A stretch of 10,175 nucleotides of DNA from a bacterium (GCA_965233585.1 CBDDTI010000650.1:1-10175), one strand, 5' to 3'; shown: positions 1 to 8,890, counted from the stretch's first letter. Notes: generated by a model from the sequence alone, not told the origin. Translations and numbers: made by a program.

Positions 1-181
1 CAGAAATGCAGGTTAATGAGATTTATGCTGTTTATGATAAGCATGACAAGGTGTCTTCTCTCCTAAAGAGTCACCTAAAACGCACTTAATTCTGTCAAAT
101 ATGAAGCGATATGAAAATCCAGGATGACACTTCGTGATGCCTATTCAGAAAGAGCATGAATCTCATTAGCCTGCATTTCTG
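1..181. repeat. Degenerate inverted repeat (arms 1-55 and 126-181), probably the centre of a foldback/MITE cut by the window edge
   Basis: CAGAAATGCAGGTTAATGAGATTTATGCTG...GTGTC matches the reverse complement of 126-181, CAGAAATGCAGGCTAATGAGATTCATGCTC...GTGTC, with a spacer of about 70 bp. Confidence 0.75.
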
Positions 182-669
182 AACACAAGTGCAGAGTGAT
201 AGCCTCAGGATCCGAATCATATTGTAAGCGACCGAAAGGGAGGGAGGACTCTGGGTTTGTAACACTTTTTGGGCGTGATGTACGACGTGTTTCCTGGAGG
301 CAAGGTTGCGTGACGAGCCCAGAGGATCGGACTTCTACGTACACGTCTGTACGTAGGAGCAAGAGCTTAGCAACTGCAGGAAGTTAAATCTGTGATTTAA
401 AGCAAGATGATAGAAAGAAGTGTTATCTTGTTGCAAAGTGATATTTTGGGGTTACGAAACAATATTGGCGGAAAACCGGGGGGTCTTGGCGCTGTGGAGA
501 TTCTCTCTTCATTGGAAATTTTTTGTTTGCTTCTGGTTAATTAAAGTAGATTTCTGTTGTCTTCAGTATATCACTTTTGAGGATGTGGAAAAGGGTACGT
601 ATTTTCTTGAGGTTACACTTTGTTCAACCGTTGCGTTTGATTTTCCTTTTGCTGCCAAAGCCATCCGGG

Positions 670-836
670 ACAACATCACGTCCCATTTCAGCATAGTAGG
701 GAGGGGAAAGAATTTCAAACTCACGTGACAGCCGCCGACTCGACTCGTTCAACTCAATGCTCATGCGCACTAGTTGTCAACTCACGTACAATTTTTTGGT
801 CGGCGCGAAGAACAACATGAAATCAGTAAAATGGCG
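670..836 (+). promoter_or_regulatory. CpG-rich housekeeping-type proximal promoter / 5' UTR of SLMAP
   Basis: E-box TCACGTGAC (721-729), NRF1-like TGCTCATGCGCA (758-769, one mismatch to TGCGCATGCGCA), and YY1-like AAAATGGCG overlapping the start codon. CpGs are retained here but depleted in the introns downstream. The TSS cannot be determined. Confidence 0.55.
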
Positions 837-1016
837 ATGGCAGTGTTCACTTCTCGGCCGAATTCTCATCCCTTTGAAGAGAGAAGAGTTCCTTTGACGG
901 AACCAGTGAAGATAGGACGTTCGGTAGCAAAAAGTAGGCCCGCTACAAACAATTGTATCTTTGACTGCAAGGTCTTGTCCCGAAACCATGCTATCTTGTG
1001 GTATGAAGATGGGAAG
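831..1016 (+). CDS. SLMAP: SLMAP coding exon 1 (FHA domain N-terminal half), 62 codons, phase-0 donor
   Basis: Translates to [62 protein letters not shown]. This closely matches the vertebrate SLMAP N-terminus as recalled (RPNSHPFQER...IGRSVA...[11 protein letters not shown]), including the FHA GR and SRxH motifs. ATG lies in an AAAATGG context; donor AAG|GTTAGT at 1017. Confidence 0.96.
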
Positions 1017-2193
1017 GTTAGTATGACCCTATGGCTCATTTTAAAGGTGATGTTTACCTCAAAAAAATTATTTGTGATGTCTGTTAAGTCCGTTCATGTA
1101 ATGGTAAGTTAATAGAAATCTTTTAAAATCCATGACATCGAATCTGGCGCCCTTCAGCTGTTATATGAAGGGCCAAAACCTTTTTAGGAAGGTTCGTCTG
1201 ACAGTGTTGTCATTGAAAAGGGATGATACGAAGGCTTGTCGCTAAAGCGAGTCCCGCGTTGATGAAGATGGTAAATCAAACGTCATTTCAAGGGCTCTTG
1301 TTATATGAATTATTATGAAAATTTTTCCGGAAACAAAACTTGTAGAGGTCATTTTTCTTCTTGTTGCAAACGACTTGCTGCAGTATTGATCTTTGATCGA
1401 GCGAAAGGTTTGAAAATTTCTCAGTTGTTACTCCGCCTTTAATTTTGGAAGGATCAACAAACTTAATCATGTGCACACAATGTCAGATTAACCGGCTCTA
1501 CATGGGCAGATTAGGTGTTTTGGAATTTGCCCTAAGTTTAGGTGATAACAAGATTCAACTGCTTGCATAATATGACATGCACGAATTGGCTCGCTCGCTT
1601 CTGTGCTCGTGTTTGTTCGTCCTCAGGAATTTCAGTTTCACTGAGATTAGTCCAACCAATTGGTAATACCTTGGAAAAAGGTTTGCCATATTTGGTTGAA
1701 ATCCTTGCTTCCTTTTCCTTCTACAGTGTTAATATGAAAGGTGTCAACAAACCTGTCTGAACCGCCAAACGGAAATCCTTCTGTTAATTTAAACTAGACA
1801 CATTTTGTTCAAAAGTACATGTGGTCTTACTTTTCATGTATTTGTCCAAGTTGTAACATGTATGTTTTCTCTTGTTAAAAACCTGGTACAATCATATGTT
1901 GCCCAAACTCTTAATTTGAAGTAAGATTGAAAGATTCATAAAATTTATAAGTTTTAGCAATAAATGATTTTGAGTGAAAATCACATCTGTTTCTCATGTT
2001 TCCCTATTTTTAATGACACAATGTATAGATGTGAGTGACCTTTGATAAAATGTTTGTAATTTTGGTTTTTCATAGTATTGCTGATAGGAATGTAATTGAG
2101 CACCTTTTGACATCATTCAAAATTTATCAGAATTTTATATCTTGAGCATACAATCTTGCTGGCAAAGGCAAACAGAACTACTGAAATTGTGTC

Positions 2194-2652
2194 TGGTTGT
2201 TCAAAAAATGGATAATGCTACATGTAACTTTTGGAAAAATTGCTATCCAGTGGAGAGAATAATTTGTTTTAGTATATACTAAAACAGTGGATAGTGTTAA
2301 ACGTGCGCGCTGATTGGCTCATCAAACTCCAAATATCCTGTGCTATTTACCTCCGAGCAAATCGGCCAGAAAAATGGCGTCGCAGTCTGCATCAGTGACA
2401 AGTGAAGAAATCATCCAAATTAATTTTTTGTGGTGTATTTGATCTCACTGTTTTAGTATATACTAAAACAACTATTCACCTCAGTTTCGGTGGCTAGAGT
2501 TGGATATTTACCTCGCCGCTTCGCGGCTCAGTAAATATCCACCACTAGCCACCTCCACTTCGGTGAATAGTTGTTAATTATTAACAGTTATCCCCTAGAT
2601 TTATTAACAATTTATCTAATGGATAGCATTATCTTTTCTCTGAACGACTGGT
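2194..2652. mobile_element. Old degenerate palindromic MITE interrupted by element E1
   Basis: The left end CTGGTTGTTCAAAAAATGGATAATGCTA is an imperfect inverted copy of the right end TAGCATTATCTTTTCTCTGAACGACTGG. Internal TATCC/GGATA motifs recur on both sides of the insertion. Confidence 0.6.
2269..2577 (+). mobile_element. Element E1: ~309 bp non-autonomous hairpin/ICR element, TTAG...TTGTTAA
   Basis: The 5' end 2267-2289 is inverted at 2446-2468. This is immediately followed by a ~109 bp terminal hairpin (2467-2575) with apex CTCG-CCGC-TTC-GCGG-CTCA. CTGATTGGCT lies at 2310-2319. No TSD. Confidence 0.85.
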
Positions 2653-2829
2653 TCTGAAGTCTTGTTTCTGGTGTGCAAAATGGTAACACATCTATATATT
2701 AAAAAAATAAAAAACCATCAACCCCTAATTAAACAAGGTGCTGGTTCTGAAGTCTTGTTTCCGGTGAGTAAAGTGGTAATACATGTACAGGTACATAGTT
2801 TAAAAAAAATCAGAAAACCCCTAATTAAC
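2648..2829 (+). repeat. Diverged tandem duplication, unit ~93 bp x2
   Basis: CTGGTTCTGAAGTCTTGTTT occurs at 2648 and 2741, each followed by GGTG..AAA.TGGTAA.ACAT, an A-run, and ACCCCTAATTAA. Confidence 0.8.
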
Positions 2830-3427
2830 CCCTTGCTAAGTAGATGTCTGATGTTTGTCCCTAAATTCCATTTTGACAGCAAAGATTGACATGTGTCCAT
2901 GCTTCTGTTTGAATGTGATTTGCATGTTACAATTAAAAATGATATTAGAGACACTTGCATTACTACACTTACATTGATCCCTGTGTAGAGCAAAATCGCA
3001 GGTACATAATATTATTTTTCAGGCCAAATCTCAGAGCCATAACTTCATGCAAACACCACAAATCCTCCCAAGTTCTCAGTAATTTTTCAACCTGCCTATC
3101 ATGTGAAGGAAAACACTAATCCAATTAATAGTTGAGACTTTGAACAAGTCTCAATTTAAAAAAAAAGAAGTCATCAGCTTGGTCTGAGAACATATAATTT
3201 ACAATGAATCTGATTTCCTAATTCTGTACTTGCATGCATGTGCAGTGTAGCTTTTGTTCTTGCAAAGACACTTGACTGAACTTGACTATAATTTCAAGTT
3301 TGTCATTGAATTGGTTTAAGGAACCTGGAGCTGTATCTTGTTGTGCTGTTTTTCTTATCAAGTGATCTTTTGTGATTTGACAATGTGATGCACTGTAGAG
3401 ATAATAAATTATATGTTTCTTTTCTAG

Positions 3428-3575
3428 TTTTTCTTACAAGACACTAAAAGTAGCAATGGAACTTTTGTTAATAATGTGCGACTCAGTAAAGGTTCAGAAG
3501 AGAGTGAACCTAAGGAGATTAAATCTGGTGATATTGTGCAGTTTGGAGTAGATGTTGTGGAAAACTCGAAAAAAG
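3428..3575 (+). CDS. SLMAP: SLMAP coding exon 2 (FHA domain C-terminal half), 148 nt, phase 0 to 1
   Basis: Acceptor TTTCTTTTCTAG| precedes [49 protein letters not shown], which carries the FHA D-x-x-S-x-NGT and GD-x-x-x-FG motifs. Donor AAG|GTTTGC. Confidence 0.96.
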
Positions 3576-3743
3576 GTTTGCTAGCTAATAGACTAGACTA
3601 TTGTGTGTTTACCCTTTTAACTTCAAGCTAATGTGCATGTATGTTGTCGATGTAAAAAAAATGATAAATGGATTGGTAACTTGGATAAATTGTAAACAAC
3701 AGAGAAGTATTCTCAAGTCAAAATACTCAGAAAATGAATTTTC

Positions 3744-3794
3744 TGACTCCCACAGGATTTGAACCTATGACCTTCCAGAATAAACCACTGAGCT
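3744..3794 (-). pseudogene. Internally deleted tRNA-like sequence in the left arm
   Basis: The minus strand reads GAGCTCAGTGGTT-TATTCTGGAAGGTCATAGGTTCAAATCCTGTGGGAGTCA: an A box and a near-consensus B box, with ~17 nt missing relative to the right arm. Confidence 0.6.
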
Positions 3795-3848
3795 CATACA
3801 TAACATGTTAAGCTTTGCATGACCTTTGTATGACCTTGCTCGCGATGA

Positions 3849-3923
3849 GTCTCCCATAGCTCAGTTGTTAGAGGATCTAACTGGTATTCTGGATGGTCAT
3901 GGGTTAGACTCTCATCAGGGGCT
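3849..3923 (+). pseudogene. Degenerate tRNA-like (SINE-head-like) sequence in the right arm
   Basis: A box TAGCTCAGTTGTTAGAG and B box GGTTAGACTC (consensus GGTTCGANTC) at tRNA spacing. Stems pair poorly, so this is not a functional tRNA. Confidence 0.65.
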
Positions 3924-4361
3924 CAAAAATATTTTTTTCTTAATATTTTGACTTGAGAATGCTTCTCCATTATTTACATTGTCATTGTGGACTGCATTTA
4001 AATACAAAAGTTTAAATCTTTTTGAACCTGTGAGCATAAGGGTAAAGGGCAAAAAAACCATCAGGTATTGTGAACCAAGTACTTTCAGGGAAGGAATCTC
4101 TCACAGGTGGACATGACGACACTCATATATGTAGATCACTTTACTCTCAGATAGGGCAAAAAGAACTTGAATTCTAGCTTGCCCTTGGAATGAGTAGCTT
4201 TCAAATTTTGATTGCCCTGGTCAAGTCTTAGTTTGCTCTTCTAAATATTTGAGAATGACAAGTTACTTGTGCTCAACAACTGTACAGCACTTGTGCTTCT
4301 GTTTGCACATGTAGGTATTGTGCCTATCTAAGTGCTATTTTTTACATTTTCTGGTATACAG

Positions 4362-4425
4362 TTACCCATGGCTGTATAGTAGCCACAGTAACCCTGTTCC
4401 TTCCTGATGGAAAAGAGGCAACAAA
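4362..4425 (+). CDS. SLMAP: SLMAP coding exon 3, 64 nt, phase 1 to 2
   Basis: Acceptor TATACAG|. Translates (V)THGCIVATVTLFLPDGKEAT, matching recalled SLMAP VTHGCIVSTIKLFLPDG. Consensus donor |GTAAGT at 4426. Confidence 0.95.
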
Positions 4426-4687
4426 GTAAGTATAATAACAAAGTAAAATAATGTTGGAAACCAAGCATGTTTGTGACCCATTGTTACTTACATGTAACAA
4501 TCAGGGTTTCTACCACAAGGTTGTGGTGAAGTTTTGATTCACCTGTAGCCTTGATCTTCACACCTGAGACAAACTTGTTACCGTTTGAGTGAATTGTATC
4601 AACTATATGCAAGTTCACCTACATGTATAACATCATAGCATGTGTTACAGGTTATGGCCCTTACTGGCATCCCTGGCTCCTTACAAC

Positions 4688-5232
4688 ATAATTGAAGGGG
4701 TGAGTGCAAAAGGGTGCTAAGTGACAATTTTGTGTGTGTTTTTTTTTCCCTCAAAAGTGCCTGAATTTTTGCATGTGGTTTTCAATTGTATAGAAAAACA
4801 TCACCATGTATTTTTTTTCACTGGGTTGCTCTTCGTTTTCGAGAAATAACGTATGCGAAAAACCTCCCGTTTTCTGCCGGCATCTTTTGTCGCACGAGAA
4901 ACAAAAGGAGTCTTTTGTTTCACTGAACAATGAAACCAGTGAAGCATCACTTTAACTGCCAGTTGATGGAGCCAAAACCAGTATTACAATCAAATAAATT
5001 AGCCTAGGTTGCTAACAGTTGCTTTGTTGGCGCAAGCGATCTACGCGCTGCTCTGCAGGCCACTCATTGTTTTTCTAGGGGGTTGGTTCGACACCACCTC
5101 AGGCTGAATGTTTTTCTTTTCACGTTCTCTCTCCTCTTTTTTTTTTTTTAAAACCAAAGCACCCTTTCCAAGAACCCGTGCTGGCGATACTGCAATTAGA
5201 AAACGTTTTCACGTTCGTATTTAAGGCCACCT
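4688..5232 (+). repeat. Left TIR (~545 bp)
   Basis: Base-by-base reverse-complement match to 7308-7868. Confidence 0.95.
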
Positions 5233-5315
5233 TCGATTGGTATAAAGTAGTTATGGAACCGAAACAAGCGTGTAATAAATATTTAAAATCGTCTCTCATT
5301 GTTAACGCTGCTCAG

Positions 5316-5505
5316 TTGGCGCAAGCGATTAACGTGCTTCGCTGTAAGCAAGGACTATTTCGCTAAAGGATAGTTCGACGCCACGTCAATTGACGTTTTT
5401 TTTTTCGTTATCTTTCCTCTTCTTTTAAAAACAAAGGACCCTTTCCCAGAACCCGTGCTGTCGATGCTGCTAAAATTAACTGTTTTCAAGTTCGTATTTA
5501 AGGCC
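5316..5505 (+). repeat. Second, diverged copy of the internal module at 5027-5228
   Basis: Shares TTGGCGCAAGCGAT, GTTCGAC, CCCTTTCC.AGAACCCGTGCTG.CGAT.CTGC and GTTCGTATTTAAGGCC at an offset of 289 bp. Confidence 0.85.
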
Positions 5506-6154
5506 CGGTCCAAATGCCGCTCCACTCATGTGCCGAACCAAACTCGATAAAGTTCGACTTTGGAGCGACTTTGGAGCAACGGCTGCTTCAGACGGCGTAC
5601 TTGCGTCGAACTTCATCGGGGAACCTCGTGGTAAACAATTTGCGACGAAAATATGTGTTCTGAATTCAAGAACTCTGTGCAAATCGAAAAGCTGTGGCTA
5701 ATATCTCGCTGTTACAAGGAAGCAATTTCAATCGCAAGGTTCAGTGTTTGTATTTACAGTCTTTCTCCTATTAAAGGGAAATCTCACAAGCTAAGCTGGT
5801 ATCACAAAGAAACAGTAAAAAAAAAAAAAGAATTTGCGCTGAAGAACCTCGCTCAAACAGTCTTGTTTCACGTAAATCGAAGGCATGAACGGAACTCCAA
5901 AACGTGACTGAGTTTTTGTTGTCTTTACTTTTAGCGACGACTTCGAGCTTCATGCATGACTGGTCACGCCACTCAATTTTGAGCCAATCACGAGTGCCGT
6001 TATATGAAAAATACAGAACAGTAATTTATGCATTAGGGTATACAGATTATACCTTTATCAGTAAAGTTACAAGAGTGCACAAATACAAGTTTATGCCCCA
6101 CCATTTTTGTTTGTTTCTTCAATTTATTCCCGGTCGAAGGGGCAGAAATTTCCC

Positions 6155-6290
6155 TTATGATATGGCTTGCTCCGTGAGTGGGAAAGATGAAACAAATCCT
6201 TCGCTGTGATTTGGCTAGCCGAGCGGGCAAGATGGAGCTATCTTGCCCGCTCGGGACTACCGGACGCGTCCTGAATTTCCCCATATATAT
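6155..6290 (+). mobile_element. Truncated repeat fragment with a perfect 15-bp hairpin; possibly the 5' part of a fourth hairpin/ICR-class element
   Basis: Hairpin CCGAGCGGGCAAGAT-GGAGCT-ATCTTGCCCGCTCGG at 6219-6254. It starts TTATGATATGG, has GTGATTTGGCT at 6206-6216, and CCATAT at 6281 is complementary to the start. No terminal hairpin follows. Confidence 0.5.
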
Positions 6291-6980
6291 TGAACTGATC
6301 ACAAAATTCGCCCTGGTAACCGAGCCAGCCTGGTCACCGGGCCCACCGGGCTCATATCAAAAAAGACCCTGAATCACTTAATTCGGCAATGCGCACCGTT
6401 ACATGAAATACACTCCCATATGTATTAGCGACTACATCCTGTATGTACTTCACACTGTTCTATAAGCAGTTCAAATTTCAGCATGGATGAGCCAAAAGAA
6501 GGTGATTCTCATCCTCCGTCTCCTCTTCCACGTTTAAAACGGCAGAACGCTCTTTGGGGAACTAAGCTTCTTGAAGCTCTAAACCCAAAGGGATCTGCCG
6601 CAGGTTGACTTCGTTCAGACAATCGGGGGGCCTTGGCCTCCCACAAAAGGGAACTGAAAGAAGATGATTATGGCATTTCTTGCCAATGAGCAGCCCCGCA
6701 GAGTCGCCGGGCTGGGAGGCGGCAGAGTAATAAAGCCGCAGAATGAATCTTAAAGCGATGTTAAGGTAGTGCAAGGTAACTTTTAGGACGTAATGTAAAA
6801 CAGAGAATGCTTTGTTTTTCGATAAACTTTTCGAGGTCTTTTTTTAACGTGAGGTTTCAGCATTTTAGCGTCTAGCGTTTTCAAAAAGCGAATTCAATGA
6901 AATAAAATCAGCGACCGCTAGTTGCTCGAGCTGATAGTATTGTATTTATAAAATTAATGTTATTTGGTCATTTTGTCTCC

Positions 6981-7210
6981 TTGGCACAAACGAATAATGG
7001 GCTGCGCGTCGTCAAAATAAACATTTTATCGTGAGACCGGTTCGACACGACGTTAGCCCTTTTTTCCTGTTAATTTCTCCTCTTCTTTTTGAAACCAAAA
7101 CATTAAAACAGCCCGTACTATCGATGCTGCTACAATAAACCAGTTCCCATCAAAATCTACCTTCGATTAATAAAGTTCCAAAGATTTATAGAACGATTTT
7201 AAAATGTCGT
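6981..7210 (+). repeat. Third, more diverged copy of the internal module
   Basis: TTGGCACAAACGA, GGTTCGACAC, CTCCTCTTCTTTTTGAAACCAAA, CCCGTACTATCGATGCTGCTA and ACCTTCGATT occur in the same order as in 5027-5240. Confidence 0.75.
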
Positions 7211-7307
7211 CACGCGTCGATAAACTTCAAGATCTTTTTTTAAAGTGAAGTTTGAGCATTTAAGAGGGCAGCGTTTTTAAAAGCAAAATCTACAACTTGA
7301 AAAAGGC

Positions 7308-7868
7308 AGGTGGCCTTAAATACGAACTTAAATACGAACTTGAAAACGTTTTCTAATTGCAGTATCGCCAGCACGGGTTCTTGGAAAGGGTGCTTTGGTT
7401 TTAAAAAAAAAAAAGAGGAGAGAGAACACGAAAAGAAAAACATTCGGCCTGAGGTGGTGTCGAACCAACCCCCTAGAAAAACAATGAGTGGCCTGCAGAG
7501 CAGCGCGTAGATCGCTTGCGCCAACAAAGCAACTGTTAGCAACCTAGGCTAATTTATTTGATTGTAATACTGGTTTCGGCTCCATCAACTGGCGGTTAAA
7601 GTGATGCTTCACTGGTTTCATTGTTCAGCGAAACAAAAGACTTCTTTTGTTTCTCGTGCGACAAAAGATGCCGGCAGAAAACGGGAGGTTTTTCGCAACG
7701 TTATTTCTCGAAAACGAAGAGCAAACCAGCGAAAAAAAATACATGGTGATGTTTTTCTATTCAATTGAAAACCACATGCAAAAATTCAGGCACTTTTGAG
7801 GGAAAAAAAAACACACACACACACAAAATCGTCACTTAGCACCCTTTTGCACTCACCCCTTCAATTAT
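7308..7868 (-). repeat. Right TIR (~561 bp), with a 12-bp tandem duplication CTTAAATACGAA and a longer (CA)n
   Basis: Base-by-base reverse-complement match to 4688-5232. Confidence 0.95.
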
Positions 7869-8004
7869 TGCTCTTTAATCTCTGACCTTCAGATTTACTG
7901 TATGTTATCTGAGAAATAGAAAACATGTACCATGTTTCTATTGAGTTATAGAAACACGAGTGGAAGTTTGGGAGAACTAAAAATGCTGTGGGAACATGAG
8001 CTGC

Positions 8005-8504
8005 GAGGGTTGTCCAATACACCCAACTAGAGTCGATTCGTCTTTGGTAGTTGCGATTCGACAAACGGGAAATCGATTCATGAACCCTATTCCATGGAAT
8101 CGACACGAATCGTTTCCCCTTCTGTCGATTCGACATGCCGGAAGTTGATTTGCGCAAGACTTGGAAAATATTGTTGATCTGGACTTTGAGGGTCCAGATT
8201 CAAGTTGATTCAATCGAATCTACTGGAATCGTACAAATCGACTGAAGTTTGTGGCCATGTTTTAGGAATGAAGAAGGTTCATGTATCGTTATTTCATGGA
8301 TGTTGACTTCTGGTGGGCTTTGCAGGGTGGGTTGAAAATGTTGTCGATTTGAGTTTATTCGATCGAATTGAAATGATTTGTTTCTCCTGTTGTTGATTCG
8401 TCATGCCGGAAGTCGATTTGCGAGAGGTGACTCCGTGCGAATCGAGTACAATCGTAAAGTGCCTCAGATGAATCAACTCAGTTTGGGTGTATTGGACATG
8501 AATG
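8005..8504. mobile_element. 500-bp MITE-like element with a probable 8-bp TSD, inserted at the apex of the E3 hairpin
   Basis: Flanked by TGAGCTGC (7997-8004) and TGAGCCGC (8505-8512). Subterminal inverted repeats are TGTCCAATACACCCAA (8011-8026) and TTGGGTGTATTGGACA (8483-8498). It is dense in TCGATTCG/CGAATCGA motifs and has an internal ~67-bp direct repeat (8088-8154 / 8356-8422). Confidence 0.8.
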
Positions 8505-8575
8505 TGAGCCGCAGGCAAATATTTCCACAGCTTTCTCAAATTCTTCCAAACTTTCACAAGTGTTTCTATAACTCT

Positions 8576-8890
<315 letters not shown>

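Larger units (their letters stand above)
3691..3978. mobile_element. Palindromic element built from two divergent (head-to-head) tRNA-derived units
   Basis: The arms 3691-3794 and ~3857-3978 are inverted (GAGAAGTATTCTCAAGTCAAAATA / TATTTTGACTTGAGAATGCTTCTC). Each arm has Pol III A- and B-box-like motifs pointing outward. Confidence 0.8.
4688..7868. mobile_element. ~3.18 kb non-autonomous foldback DNA transposon with long TIRs, in intron 3
   Basis: 4688-5232 is the reverse complement of 7308-7868, with about 12 substitutions by hand count plus small indels. Ends are ATAATTGAAGGGGTGAGTGC / GCACTCACCCCTTCAATTAT. The TSD is hidden in the palindromic flank (AATT, TA or AT all possible). No transposase ORF. 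Confidence 0.92.

Noticed and set aside
141..664. Divergent minus-strand gene (ATG near 664, MALAAKGKSN...; ORF 141-362)
   Set aside because: No recognisable protein and no convincing donor site, and the ORF runs into an inverted repeat. It cannot be excluded without RNA data.
774..1112. 112-aa ORF as a complete single-exon gene
   Set aside because: Only 831-1016 is SLMAP-like. The TTG start extension is unsupported, and the tail after DGK is read-through of a GT donor.
3849..3923. Functional tRNA gene
   Set aside because: The T-loop is mutated (GTTAGA), the stems pair poorly, and it is embedded in a palindromic repeat.
4150..4240. Degenerate TTGCCC/GGGCAA motif cluster, possibly an old MITE
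   Set aside because: Too decayed to define ends or TIRs.
6219..6254. Rho-independent terminator or pre-miRNA
   Set aside because: The context is eukaryotic, there is no U-tract, and the stem is too short for a pre-miRNA. It is better explained as part of a repeat fragment.
5178..7542. ORFs 5178-5366, 7240-7542 and 7310-7510 as paralogous genes or a transposase
   Set aside because: Their shared peptide (LAILQLENVF) is simply the TIR read on opposite strands. They run through poly-T/A tracts and show no DDE or other domain motifs.
4688..7868. Maverick/Polinton or LTR element
   Set aside because: The repeats are inverted, not direct. There are no AG...CT termini, no 6-bp TSD and no coding remnants.
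8030..8460. CRISPR-like or regular tandem array of TCGATTCG motifs
   Set aside because: Spacing is irregular, the motif is too short, and the context is a eukaryotic intron with no cas genes.
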